Positions 40,132 through 50,154 of a stretch of DNA of 64,000 bases are shown here, piece after piece. Positions within the stretch are counted from its first letter, which is position 1. Every line of letters starts with the position of its first letter. Location of the stretch: positions 80,657 through 144,656 of the forward strand of contig JAXHVD010000012.1 of assembly GCA_034189385.1 (NCBI GenBank), read 5' to 3'. The stretch is from Thermodesulfobacteriota bacterium. GTDB taxonomy: Bacteria; Desulfobacterota; Desulfobacteria; Desulfobacterales; C00003060. A model generated the notes under the pieces. It saw only the letters and a list, made by a program, of their open reading frames with translations. It searched no databases and was not told where the DNA came from. Made by a program: the position numbers and the translations under genes.

Positions 40132-40645
40132 ATGATCTCAAACCTCAGACTGTCTGGCATCATTGTTGGACTCGTGGGACTAGCAGGGACGTTCTTCATC
40201 TACCGGGGTCCTAAATGGAAGAGAGCCAATCTTGTGTTGCTCTCATTATTTAGTCTCTCTCTCATCTCTATCAGCATTGATCCCAATCTTGTGAATTTTG
40301 CACGGGACATGCTGGCCCTTCAAAAGGCCCAACATGGCAGGATACTGGCGCTCCTCATCATCTCCAACGTATGCTTGTTGTTCTATTCTTTTAGTAGCAG
40401 ATCTAAGTTGGAGACTACTCGAATAAAAATGGACAGGCTGATAAGCACCTTGGGGACGGCCGTTTTTGGGCAAGAGAACAGGTTGGAAGAAGGGCAGAAG
40501 CCTATTATGGTTGTTAGGCCAGCCTACAATGAAGCCGAGAATCTGCAAGAACTCCTGCCACTCATGGCACCTTAGACCAATGGCACGGACGTTGGTGTTC
40601 TCGTTGTTGACGACGCCAGTGAAAATGAAACAAGAGCGATTGTCC
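40132..40645 (+). pseudogene. Truncated membrane domain (DUF2304-like) + GT2 fusion
   Basis: Three TM segments, then VVRPAYNEAENL, an in-frame TAG at 40573, then VLVVDDASENET; the rest of the GT2 domain is missing. Confidence 0.72.
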
Positions 40646-40796
40646 AAGGCAAAGACAAGTACGCGCCCTCAAGGTGTTGTCAAGGATGAGATAGCAGGGA
40701 GGGCCGGGGCACCATAACTGGACATCTCGTCAGGTTACATCATCGGTCTTCTAGGAATCATGCCATACCCTGTAAGCAAAGAGTTAAAGAGCGTCA

Positions 40797-43271
40797 ATGG
40801 TTATCGAGAACAACAGGCAGAGCTCTCAGATGAGACGCCGTGAGGCTTGGCAAGATGACAGAAAAGGGCCTGTAGCTTCTTATAGGCACCATCTGATCAG
40901 CATCTTGGTCATATCCCTGCTTTGCGCAGTCATCTATTCCAACACCTTGGAGTCACCCTTTGTCTTTGACGATCTTCAACACATCAATCGAAATCCTCAC
41001 ATTCGACTAACCCATCTCGATTTCGGCAAGTTGTACGATGCAGGATTCAGGAGCCCAATCTCAAATCGCCCAGTGGCCAACGTCAGTTTCGCCCTCAATT
41101 ATTACTTCGGGAAATATGACCTTACGGGCTATCACATCTTCAACGCGATAGTTCATCTTATCAACGGAATCCTCGTCTACCTCCTTGCACTGAGGATATT
41201 CAACGAACTATCCCACATAAAAAGGCAAAATCCCCCAGACTTGGAATCATGGGCAATGCCTGAATCGCCCAATCTCCCTATTACCCTCATGTCCTTGTTT
41301 GCTGCCCTTGTCTTCGTCGCTCATCCCCTCCAGACCCAATCTGTCACCTACATCGTCCAGAGAATGAACAGCCTGGCAACGATGTTCTGCTTGTTGTCAT
41401 TACTACTCTACATAAAAGGACGCCTATTGCCCTTGAGATGGAAGCAATGGGTGCTGTTTACAGCAAGCTTTTTGTCCTGGGGTTTGGCCTTGGGCTCCAA
41501 GGAGATAGCAGCCACACTGCCTGTTATGGTCTTTCTTTATGAATGGTTTTTCTTTCAAGACCTGAGCGTTAGTTGGATAAGAAAGCGCAGTATCTATATC
41601 CTCTTGCCCCTTGTCGCCTTGGTCGTGATGGCGCTTTTCTACTTGGGACCACACCCCTTTGACAGGGTCACCGCCCCATACGTGCACCGGGATTTCACGC
41701 TAGAAGAACGCGTCCTGACCCAACTCCGCGTCGTGGTCTTCTATGTCACCCAACTCCTCTATCCCCATCCCTCAAGGCTCAACCTTCTCCATGCTTTTCA
41801 GACCTCCCACTCTTTGTTCGATCCCATTACCACACTCCTTTCCCTTCTCTTGATCGTTTCAGTTATTGGGACCGCAATCTTTGTGGCCAGAAAGCAGCGC
41901 CTTATCTCCTTTTGCATACTCTGGTTTTTTGTCAATCTGGTCATAGAATCTTCCGTACTTGGATTAGAAATGGTCTTCGAGCACCGTCTTTACCTGCCCA
42001 TGTTCGGCGTTGCTCTTTTTTTTGCATATTTGTTATTTCATCTATTGCATGACAAACGATTGTGGGCAGTGACTGCATCAGTTGTAATCGTCCTATCCCT
42101 CGTAACAGCCAGTTATTTGCGGAATAGAGTCTGGCAAGACGATAGGACCCTTTGGTCTGACGTCTTGTCCAAGAACCCGCAAAGTGCAAGGGCCCACCTC
42201 AACCTGGGCGTTGCGTTCATGGCCCAGGACAAAGTGGACGAGGCCATCAGCCACTACAGGAAGGCACTGAAGATTAAGCCCTACTACGTCAGGACACACA
42301 ACAACCTGGCAGTCGCCTTAAGGGAAAAGGGAAACCTAGACGAGGCTATATCACACTACCATATTGCCTTGCGCATCAGGCCAAAATACGTAGACGCCCA
42401 TAACAACCTGGCCCTTGCGCTAAGGGAAAAAGGTCAACTCGACGAGGCCATCTCGCACTATCGAAAGGCCCTGCGAATTAGACCGACTCTTGCAGAGGCC
42501 CACAACAACCTGGGGATCGCCTTAAGGGAAAAAGGTCAACTCGACGAGGCCATCTCGCACTACCGAAAGGCCCTGGCACTGGACCCTGATCTTACAGACG
42601 CACACCATCATCTGGCAGTGGCCCTAACCTGCCAGGGGCGGCAAGAAGAGGCCGTTGCCCATTTTTCTCAAGCCCTCCGCATGATGCCTAACGATCCAGA
42701 AACCCACAACATGCTGGGCAATACACTGGCTCAGCAAGGAAGGCTCAAGGAGGCTGCAGTCCACTTCAAAAAGGCCTTGGAAATCAGAAAGGACTATGCA
42801 GAGGCCCACAACAATCTCGCACTCGTCTTAGAAAAAAGCGGTAAGGCAGACGAGGCTGTCTCCCATTATCAAATCGCCCTCAAGATCGAACCAGACTTTG
42901 CAGAAGCCCACAATAATCTCGCACTCATCCTTAGAAAAAGGGGCAATCTGGCTGATGCTATCTCACACTATGTAAGAGCCCTTGAGATCAAGCCGGGCTC
43001 TGCAGACATACACAACAATCTGGGCAACGCACTGGCCATGCAGGGAAAACTGGACGAAGCTGCAGCCCACTTTGAAAAGGCCCTGGAAATCAGAAAGGAC
43101 TATGCAGAGGCCCACAACAATCTTGGCATTGCCCTTGCCCGCCAGGGAAGGATTGGTCAGGCCATAGCCCACTTCTCCGAAGCCCTACGGCTCAAGCCAG
43201 ATTATGTGGAGGCACAACATAACCTGGAGTTTGCTCGTCAGGAGCAAGCGGCACGCAAAGGCAGGGATTAG
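40797..43271 (+). CDS. TMTC-like multi-TM protein O-glycosyltransferase with a C-terminal TPR array
   Basis: YSNTL..PFVFDD, NRPV, HPLQTQSVTYIVQR, SKE, EHRLYLP, RNRVW, then about 10 TPRs (AEAHNNLG). Confidence 0.85.
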   Translation: MVIENNRQSSQMRRREAWQDDRKGPVASYRHHLISILVISLLCAVIYSNTLESPFVFDDLQHINRNPHIRLTHLDFGKLYDAGFRSPISNRPVANVSFALNYYFGKYDLTGYHIFNAIVHLINGILVYLLALRIFNELSHIKRQNPPDLESWAMPESPNLPITLMSLFAALVFVAHPLQTQSVTYIVQRMNSLATMFCLLSLLLYIKGRLLPLRWKQWVLFTASFLSWGLALGSKEIAATLPVMVFLYEWFFFQDLSVSWIRKRSIYILLPLVALVVMALFYLGPHPFDRVTAPYVHRDFTLEERVLTQLRVVVFYVTQLLYPHPSRLNLLHAFQTSHSLFDPITTLLSLLLIVSVIGTAIFVARKQRLISFCILWFFVNLVIESSVLGLEMVFEHRLYLPMFGVALFFAYLLFHLLHDKRLWAVTASVVIVLSLVTASYLRNRVWQDDRTLWSDVLSKNPQSARAHLNLGVAFMAQDKVDEAISHYRKALKIKPYYVRTHNNLAVALREKGNLDEAISHYHIALRIRPKYVDAHNNLALALREKGQLDEAISHYRKALRIRPTLAEAHNNLGIALREKGQLDEAISHYRKALALDPDLTDAHHHLAVALTCQGRQEEAVAHFSQALRMMPNDPETHNMLGNTLAQQGRLKEAAVHFKKALEIRKDYAEAHNNLALVLEKSGKADEAVSHYQIALKIEPDFAEAHNNLALILRKRGNLADAISHYVRALEIKPGSADIHNNLGNALAMQGKLDEAAAHFEKALEIRKDYAEAHNNLGIALARQGRIGQAIAHFSEALRLKPDYVEAQHNLEFARQEQAARKGRD

Positions 43272-43386
43272 AAAGTCAACCTTATAAGGTCTTCGAGAGA
43301 GGATTAAAATCCTCGACACAGATGGCACAGATAGGTACAGTATATCTTTCAGGTTAGGGGCCCAAGAGCCAGAAAGGAGGAAGTCC

Positions 43387-43797
43387 ATGTCTAAGAACTG
43401 GGGTCGTCTCGCCCTCATCGTTTGCCTAGCCGTCCAGATCTCTGGATGCGCCGGAGCTGCACTGGTGGCTGGGGGTGCTGTTGGGGCAGGTGGCATGGTG
43501 TATGTGAAAGGGAAACTGCAGGAGCAGCTAAACTCGCCTCTGGCCAAGGTTCATGAGGCTACGCTTGCAGCACTAAAGGACTTTGAACTTCCCGTTAGGG
43601 AAGACAAAAAGGACATGTTCGTAGCCAAGGTTCGGTCACGATTGGCAAACGGGGACCCTATTTGGATTAAGCTTTCTTCTCTTTCAGAAGAGTCCACTGA
43701 GATTACTATACGTGTTGGAATTCTGGGCAATGAGACAAGATCCCGGAGACTCCTGGGAAAGATACGTGGCCACCTGATCGACGTAGGCGGTCTGTAA
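43387..43797 (+). CDS. Lipoprotein (DUF3568-like)
   Basis: Lipobox ISGC, Gly/Ala-rich segment, C-terminal TEITIRVGILG. Confidence 0.75.
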   Translation: MSKNWGRLALIVCLAVQISGCAGAALVAGGAVGAGGMVYVKGKLQEQLNSPLAKVHEATLAALKDFELPVREDKKDMFVAKVRSRLANGDPIWIKLSSLSEESTEITIRVGILGNETRSRRLLGKIRGHLIDVGGL

Positions 43798-43858
43798 TAC
43801 CCGTGGAATCTTTGGAGACGAGAGGCTTTCCCATGTTAGGGTAGCAAGAGGAGGCTTT

Positions 43859-44770
43859 ATGAACGTCCTTATCACCGGCGGTCTTGGGTTTGTGGGCACA
43901 CAACTCTCTATCCGCCTTCTGGAAAGAGGCCACCAGGTTACTGTTGTGGACCGCAGCCCCAAACGGGGGGGCCACACGCCCCAGCAGGTCAAATACGTGC
44001 CTGCCGACACCACGGTTCAGGGTCCATGGCAAGACGAAGTAGCCCGTCAGGACGCGGTCATCAACCTGGCTGGCGCATCCATCTTTCGGCGATGGGACCC
44101 GAAGACGAAACAACTCATCTCTGACAGCCGGGTCCTGACCACCGGAAATATAGTGGAGGCCATCTCCCATAATAAGAGGAGCAGGGTGCTTTGCAGCACA
44201 TCAGCCGTAGGCTACTACGGCTTCAGGGGTGATGAAAGGTTGTCAGAAAAGGATAGCCCTGGAACGGATTTTTTGGCTCAAGTCTGTATCGATTGGGAGG
44301 ACGAAGCCAAAAAGGCGGCCGACAAGGGTGCCCGGGTCGTTGTGACCCGATTTGGCATTGTCCTGGGCAAGACCGGAGGGGCCCTGGGGCAAATGATACC
44401 GGCATTTAAGAAGTTTGCAGGTGGCCCTCTGGGCAGTGGTAAGCAGTGGTTTTCCTGGATCCACATGGAGGACCTGGTAAACGCATTTATGTTCGTCTTC
44501 GATAATGAAGACATTCATGGTCCCGTCAATTTCTGCTCGCCCAATCCTATCCGGAACAAAGACCTTGCCAAGGCCTTGGGGGCGACCCTGTCCAGGCCGT
44601 CCTTTCTAAAGACGCCAGCCTTTATGTTGCGCCTTGTACTGGGAGAGTTTGGCTCTGTCCTTCTTGAAGGCCAGAGAGTCTTCCCGACTAAACTGCTCAA
44701 GCACGGTTTCCTTTTTCGGCACCCTGAAATCAAGGAGGCATTGGAAGACCTCCTAAAACAACGAGATTAG
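43859..44770 (+). CDS. TIGR01777/YfcH-family NAD(P)-dependent epimerase-like protein
   Basis: Motifs ITGGLGFVG, INLAGASI, SAVGYYG, RFGIVLG, GSGKQWFSWIH. Confidence 0.92.
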   Translation: MNVLITGGLGFVGTQLSIRLLERGHQVTVVDRSPKRGGHTPQQVKYVPADTTVQGPWQDEVARQDAVINLAGASIFRRWDPKTKQLISDSRVLTTGNIVEAISHNKRSRVLCSTSAVGYYGFRGDERLSEKDSPGTDFLAQVCIDWEDEAKKAADKGARVVVTRFGIVLGKTGGALGQMIPAFKKFAGGPLGSGKQWFSWIHMEDLVNAFMFVFDNEDIHGPVNFCSPNPIRNKDLAKALGATLSRPSFLKTPAFMLRLVLGEFGSVLLEGQRVFPTKLLKHGFLFRHPEIKEALEDLLKQRD

Positions 44771-44792
44771 TTTTCTGGAAAGGACCCGTCTT

Positions 44793-45488
44793 TTGCTCCC
44801 CCTTGCCCCTGGCATAAAGGGGGCAGGTGTGATAATGGGATCGACTGTGTTTGCCACCATCCAACACGTAAAGGCCTTTGCCGAGCAGTGTTTTTCAAGC
44901 GCCAACGGCAGCCACGACTGGGATCACAGCCAAAGGGTGTCCAGTCTGTGTATGCATATCGGCCAGATAGAAGGTGCAAACTTACAAGTAGTTAAAATTG
45001 CAGCTTATCTCCACGATATAGGACGCCCCCATGAAGATGCATCACGGGGTGCAATCTGCCATGCGAAAAAGGGGGCAGAGATAGCCCGTGAGCTTCTGGA
45101 AAAATATCCCATTTCTCAAGAACACAAGGCCAACATCATTCACTGCATTCGATCCCACCGGTTCCGTGGAAACCACGCGCCAGAGACCTTGGAGGCCAAG
45201 GTGCTCTTTGATGCAGATAAACTGGATGCCATTGGTGCCGTGGGTATTGGCAGGGCCTTCCTTTTTGCAGGCGAGGTGGGAGCCAGGCTCCACACCCCCC
45301 ATGTCGAACCGGAAGACACCCTGCCCTACACTGAGGAAGACACAGGGTATCGGGAATACAAACTCAAGCTTTCAAGGATCAAGGACCGAATGCTCACGAC
45401 AGAGGGCCGTCGCATGGCTGAAGGGCGCCATGCATTCATGGAGGCTTTCTTCCAAAGGTTCACACAGGAATACGACGGGTACAAATAG
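44793..45488 (+). CDS. HD-domain phosphohydrolase
   Basis: Motifs HDWDHSQRV, LHDIG, SHRFR, DADKLDAIGA. The start may be 44835. Confidence 0.88.
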   Translation: MLPLAPGIKGAGVIMGSTVFATIQHVKAFAEQCFSSANGSHDWDHSQRVSSLCMHIGQIEGANLQVVKIAAYLHDIGRPHEDASRGAICHAKKGAEIARELLEKYPISQEHKANIIHCIRSHRFRGNHAPETLEAKVLFDADKLDAIGAVGIGRAFLFAGEVGARLHTPHVEPEDTLPYTEEDTGYREYKLKLSRIKDRMLTTEGRRMAEGRHAFMEAFFQRFTQEYDGYK

Positions 45489-45496
45489 GGGGCATA

Positions 45497-46048
45497 TTGA
45501 TACCTACTAGGGAAGAGTGTCTGGTGCTGATAGAGCGATACGAAATGCTGCCTCATATTGTCAGGCACAGCAAGATCGTCACACAGGTGGCACTACTCCT
45601 TGGGCGTAAGCTGAACGATTGCGGCTGCGATCTTGATCTTGACCTGGTTGAGGCAGGGGCCTTGCTCCACGACATTACTAAAACGGCGTCCATAAAAACA
45701 AAGGAAAACCATGCCCACACCGGTGCCCAGCTCCTGGCCTCCTTAGGGTATCAAACAGTGGCCGATGTGGTGCGGCAGCATATCACCCTTGATCCCCCTG
45801 TCCCCCATCCAGGGTCCATTAGTGAGGCAGAGCTCGTCAACTATGCGGACAAAAGGGTCAAGCACGATGAGGTAGTGGGGATAGAGGAGCGGTTCCAGGA
45901 CATAAAGGAGAGGTACGTCAGAAAGTTTCCTGCCTTTCAGAAGCGTTTTGAAGAAGTCCGGCAAGAAACTCAACTAATTGAAAAAAGAATATTTTCGAAA
46001 ATAGACCTCTCTCCTGAACAGCTCAACACCGTGCTCTTTGAGCCGTAA
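45497..46048 (+). CDS. HD-domain protein
   Basis: Motifs HIVRHS, LLHDITK, HAHTGA, YADKRV. Confidence 0.86.
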   Translation: MIPTREECLVLIERYEMLPHIVRHSKIVTQVALLLGRKLNDCGCDLDLDLVEAGALLHDITKTASIKTKENHAHTGAQLLASLGYQTVADVVRQHITLDPPVPHPGSISEAELVNYADKRVKHDEVVGIEERFQDIKERYVRKFPAFQKRFEEVRQETQLIEKRIFSKIDLSPEQLNTVLFEP

Positions 46049-46082
46049 GGTTCACGCCTCTTTCTTCATCAACCCAAACCGT

Positions 46083-47360
46083 TTATTGAAGCGTCACCTC
46101 TCTCAAGCGGCCCAGGATCTTATCGTGTTCATCCATGCTGTAGATCTCAGTATCGAACCTGGCGTCTAGTCTAAGCATGTCTCTGACCACCTCCGTCATC
46201 TTGGGTCCCAGAATCACGATATCTGTGTAGGGAAGCAAGGCCCCCAAAACACTGATGTCCGGTGACTCGGTGGCCCTTCGTAACCCCTCCGGATAGTTCA
46301 TCGAGAGAGCGTGCCAAATGTCGCGCTTGATTCCAATGGCAGGGACCTCGCTGAAAAGCTCAGATTCATAAAAAGAGATGAGCCCTTCCAGTCCTTCCGG
46401 GGTTCCGCCATAATGGTTCCATAGGGCAACGGAGAGGTCGGTTTTTTGACCAGCCCAAAAACCGTCCATGTGCCTTTTTCTTGCCCCTTCCTTAACGGCC
46501 CCGTATCTCATACCGAGGCGAACAAGGTCCCGCAGGTGCCTTGACGATCTTTTCTGCAACTCCTGTTCTCTCCTGAGGGCGATCTCGTCATATCTGATTC
46601 GAAGCCGCATACAAGGGGGCAAAGACCCTTGACCAGCCTCTGCCCTCGCGCCTTTTTCGTCTGCTAGGGTCAGGGCCCCCTCGAAGGCCACAGAGGATCG
46701 TTTTTTCAGGATGGCCCTTACGGTTTGCCTGTCAAAGGCGTCCTGCCAAAACCTTCTAAAGCCCATGGTCTTTTTTCCGTCAATAAAGCCACGAAGCGCT
46801 CTAAAGACCTGAAAATCTTCTATGGTCTGGCTGTGTTTGAAGGACAACCCCTTAGAAAGCCTTCTCATGATGTCAAGGCCTTCCAGTGCCTGGCCATCCC
46901 CCATTTCAAGGGTCTCGCGGTGAAAGGTGTCTTCAGGATAAACCAGCTTGCCGTCCCTGACCAAGGACACTATCTCACTGTGCAAGACCCCTGCGTTCCC
47001 CCCCTTGTCCTTGGGAGCGGACTGGCCCAAGCCGTTCCTTATGAGGCTCTCGATGACGGGGGTGTCCAGATAGAGCACGGGAACAGGAGAACGTTCCGCC
47101 CGGACCATGGAAAGCTTGCGGTTTAGGACCTTTTTGCTCTGACCGGCCGGGAGTGACTTAATCCTCTGTGTAAGGCTGAGGTCTAGCTGATCGAAGATCT
47201 CATCAGCGTAGGCCCGGGCCCCTTTATCAAGGCGCTTGTAATGCCTCACCAGGTATTCATGAAGCTGTTGCCACACGTGATCGGCCATCTGGCCTTGCTC
47301 ATAAGCACCACCAGAAGACAGTGTGTCCAGATACTTCCTAATATGTCTTCTTGTAATCAT
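46083..47360 (-). CDS. Hypothetical protein, possibly a divergent PIN-like fold
   Basis: 425-aa ORF with VLYLDTPV, LV..GKLVYP...HRE and C-terminal PDISVLGALLPYTD. Confidence 0.65.
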   Translation of the reverse strand: MITRRHIRKYLDTLSSGGAYEQGQMADHVWQQLHEYLVRHYKRLDKGARAYADEIFDQLDLSLTQRIKSLPAGQSKKVLNRKLSMVRAERSPVPVLYLDTPVIESLIRNGLGQSAPKDKGGNAGVLHSEIVSLVRDGKLVYPEDTFHRETLEMGDGQALEGLDIMRRLSKGLSFKHSQTIEDFQVFRALRGFIDGKKTMGFRRFWQDAFDRQTVRAILKKRSSVAFEGALTLADEKGARAEAGQGSLPPCMRLRIRYDEIALRREQELQKRSSRHLRDLVRLGMRYGAVKEGARKRHMDGFWAGQKTDLSVALWNHYGGTPEGLEGLISFYESELFSEVPAIGIKRDIWHALSMNYPEGLRRATESPDISVLGALLPYTDIVILGPKMTEVVRDMLRLDARFDTEIYSMDEHDKILGRLREVTLQ

Positions 47361-47418
47361 GGAAAGCCCACTTTGATGATCTCGTAAAAAGTCTTATGGG
47401 AACAACTGAGTCCACCCT

Positions 47419-49290
47419 TTAAACCCTCTCAGCCACCGACACTTCGTGAATCATCTTGTCTTCTGATCCGAAGTGTCGGCACAGGGTCTCAAAGATCTCT
47501 TCACCATGCTTGATAAAATAGCAGCTTTCAAAGACCTTGGGGTCTACCATGCCTTCACATGCCAGGTGGTTGAGCCAGTCTTGAAGAGGCCTGTAAAACT
47601 CCCCCATAAAGATCTGGGGTTTGTAATGGCCGATGCCAAGTTTCTTCTTCACAAAGGTAATGGCGTTTTCCAGATTGGTCCCTACGCCACCTTTCACATA
47701 AATATCTGCCTCCGTGGTCTCGGACAGGATCTCCTGTCTTTCCAGCAAGTCGTCTCGTGCAAGATAGGCTGCAAAATCCACATCAGGATCGATGTCCACG
47801 CCAGGGATCTTCCAGTACACGGCCCCTGAGAGCATGCCCAGAGAAGCCGTGGTTTCAGACACAAAGGACATGACGCTTCCCGTATTGCCGCCTGTGAGGA
47901 TGCCGCAAATGCCGCCGTGGAATTCCTTAAAAGACTTGACGCCGGCAACGATCTCCGTTCGCGTCTCAGCGTCCACTTGGCCTGCTGTCCCATAAATGGC
48001 AGCCAGCTTTCTTGAACTAATCGCTTCGTTAAAGGATGGGATCACAGAGGACCTCATAAAGAACCGCTTGTAGAGAACCAGGTCCCCCTGCAAGGGGCTC
48101 TTCCAGAAAATCTCCACACCCATGTCCTGCAGGGTGTTCATAAAAACAAGGTCTTCAGATCTGAAAAAGTATGCCTCCTCAGGGGCTTTTCTGAAGGTCA
48201 AATCTTTGATCAGGCCTAGATCAGCCGCCACAATGAGATAGGAGGCCAGCCGCCGGCTGGGAAAATCCTGAAGGACCAGCGAGGTGTTAGGCCCTAGCCC
48301 GCTCAGGAGTTGACTGTAGTTGCCATCCAACTTGATAAAGGTGTTTTCCTCCAAGTCACTGACCGCAGCAATGGTGCTGTCATCTAAGGCCCCCCCCTTG
48401 TAGAGTTCATCCAGCAACGAGGATCTTCGGTCAATGTAAAAGCGAGGCTTCGCACTCTTTTGCTCCACGGCAGGCTTGTAGACCTCAAAGCGAATAGTCT
48501 CCTTTACCAGGTCCTCTGATCCTCCCACCAGCTCAAGGTAGATGATCCCGTTCGTGTGTTTGCTTCCCACTCTGGCGTCGGCGTGTTCAGGGTCCAGAAT
48601 GTAGATCTCATTTTGCTGCGTAAAGAGGCTCGTGTGGGAAATGACACCCTTTCTTGCCGGCACAATCACTTGGTCTACCCTTCTCTCTGGCTGGACAAAA
48701 TAGAGGTCTTCCCGAGGAATCCTCTTGAGCACCGCAGAGACCAGATATTCGGGCGTCAAGACCCTGGGATTGGGAAGATGAATAAAGGGCATCACCGGCA
48801 CATCTAGGATACCCGCTTCCAGCACCTTGGTCCCCTTGGGCACAATGATGGTGCGGTTGGAGATCAGGTTGATCAGTTCTTCTGCAGAGTATTTCAGCTT
48901 AGGGTTCTTCAGATAGATCTTACCGACCTCAAGCCCTGGTGTGATCAGTTGGTCAATGGTAAGGCCTACTGCATATTCTGGGATGTAAAACCAGAATCTG
49001 GCTTCATATGAGATCTCTTTTCCTTTGAGTCGAAAATTGCCCAGCTTCTCCTGATTGATACCCAATCTTGCCTTGGTACTGTGCAGGTCTGTCGTAAGGC
49101 ACTCCTGGTTCCGCAAGAAATACTGCATCTGCTCGTCTTCAAGGTGTGCTGAGACCAGTGCGACCACCTCTTTGGAATCGGCACGAATGACCCTTTCGAT
49201 CCAGCAATCAGGACTTTCGTTTAAGGACACTGAACCCCTCCAAATTCTATTCATCCCAACCCTGTGATCCAGCTTTTCCGTGCCCAGCAA
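47419..49290 (-). CDS. Large protein with a C-terminal LOG/SLOG-family domain
   Basis: AIYGTA, ILTGG..GSVM, ERQEIL, VKGGVGTNLE (the LOG motif is PGGxGTxxE); about 430 aa of unrecognised N-terminus. Confidence 0.75.
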   Translation of the reverse strand: MLGTEKLDHRVGMNRIWRGSVSLNESPDCWIERVIRADSKEVVALVSAHLEDEQMQYFLRNQECLTTDLHSTKARLGINQEKLGNFRLKGKEISYEARFWFYIPEYAVGLTIDQLITPGLEVGKIYLKNPKLKYSAEELINLISNRTIIVPKGTKVLEAGILDVPVMPFIHLPNPRVLTPEYLVSAVLKRIPREDLYFVQPERRVDQVIVPARKGVISHTSLFTQQNEIYILDPEHADARVGSKHTNGIIYLELVGGSEDLVKETIRFEVYKPAVEQKSAKPRFYIDRRSSLLDELYKGGALDDSTIAAVSDLEENTFIKLDGNYSQLLSGLGPNTSLVLQDFPSRRLASYLIVAADLGLIKDLTFRKAPEEAYFFRSEDLVFMNTLQDMGVEIFWKSPLQGDLVLYKRFFMRSSVIPSFNEAISSRKLAAIYGTAGQVDAETRTEIVAGVKSFKEFHGGICGILTGGNTGSVMSFVSETTASLGMLSGAVYWKIPGVDIDPDVDFAAYLARDDLLERQEILSETTEADIYVKGGVGTNLENAITFVKKKLGIGHYKPQIFMGEFYRPLQDWLNHLACEGMVDPKVFESCYFIKHGEEIFETLCRHFGSEDKMIHEVSVAERV

Positions 49291-49365
49291 ATCTGATCAC
49301 CGCAGGCTTTTGTCAGACCAACGCTGAGGCCTCTTCTGATCAATCCCTTCACAACACCCTGTCCA

Positions 49366-50154
49366 TCACTGTGTTTTTTCAAATGCCTCAAAAAGCATAT
49401 CATAAAATGCGGCTGGCTGGTCATCCATCATAAAATGACCACTCTCGGGCACGATGAAATAGGGAATATGACGCTTATCCAAAAACTGCTTTGTGGCAAG
49501 GGGGATGGACCTTTCTCCAAAGACGTACCACTTCTTTATGGGCAAACTGGCAAATCGTTCTCTCAGGTTGCCTTCACAGCTTTCCTTTACGAGGGAGACT
49601 GAACTCAAATAGTAAGACCTGGGATCTGCCTTTAAGACATTCTGGTAATAGTTGCGCAGGCCCATGGAGCCTTCTTCCTGCACAGCCTCTTTCAGCTCCC
49701 TCTTCAACCTCTTGAAGCCGCGGACCTCAAATTCCTCTTGTGTGTGTGCGGCAACGCGGGCACTGAATGTGCAATCGTTGCGACCAAGGTTTCCTTCCAG
49801 GTTGAAAAAGGCCTTGGCCTCCTTCCCGAGGGCCTCTGCCACATACTGGCATATGACGCCTCCCATGCTGTGTCCCACCAGAACCAGCTCGCTCAAGCCA
49901 AGCTCTTTGATCCACTTCAGCACAAGACCGGCCTGATCCTTCATGGTATAAGAGAAATCTTCGGACCCTTGGCTCTCACCGCAACCGGGAAGGTCAATGG
50001 CAGCCACAGTATGCCCGCTGAAGGCATCTATCTCAAAGCATCGTTCAAAGGAGTCCTTTGAGCAGCCGAGGCCGTGCACAAAGACGAAACGCTCGCCACC
50101 GGCCTGTTTCGCACGATAAGAAAGCCGGTTTCCGTCTATGGTCGTAAAAGGCAT
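49366..50154 (-). CDS. Alpha/beta hydrolase
   Basis: Motifs FVHGLG, DLPGCG, GHSMGG nucleophile elbow, SGHFMM. Confidence 0.9.
   Translation of the reverse strand: MPFTTIDGNRLSYRAKQAGGERFVFVHGLGCSKDSFERCFEIDAFSGHTVAAIDLPGCGESQGSEDFSYTMKDQAGLVLKWIKELGLSELVLVGHSMGGVICQYVAEALGKEAKAFFNLEGNLGRNDCTFSARVAAHTQEEFEVRGFKRLKRELKEAVQEEGSMGLRNYYQNVLKADPRSYYLSSVSLVKESCEGNLRERFASLPIKKWYVFGERSIPLATKQFLDKRHIPYFIVPESGHFMMDDQPAAFYDMLFEAFEKTQ

Noticed and set aside
42180..43230. Regular repeats as a possible CRISPR array
   Set aside because: They are in-frame 34-aa TPR units. No constant repeat with unique spacers and no cas genes occur in the window.
47373..47393. TTGATGATCTCGTAAAAAGTC resembling a solo IS/MITE end
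   Set aside because: No partner end or second copy in the window; the resemblance is from memory only.
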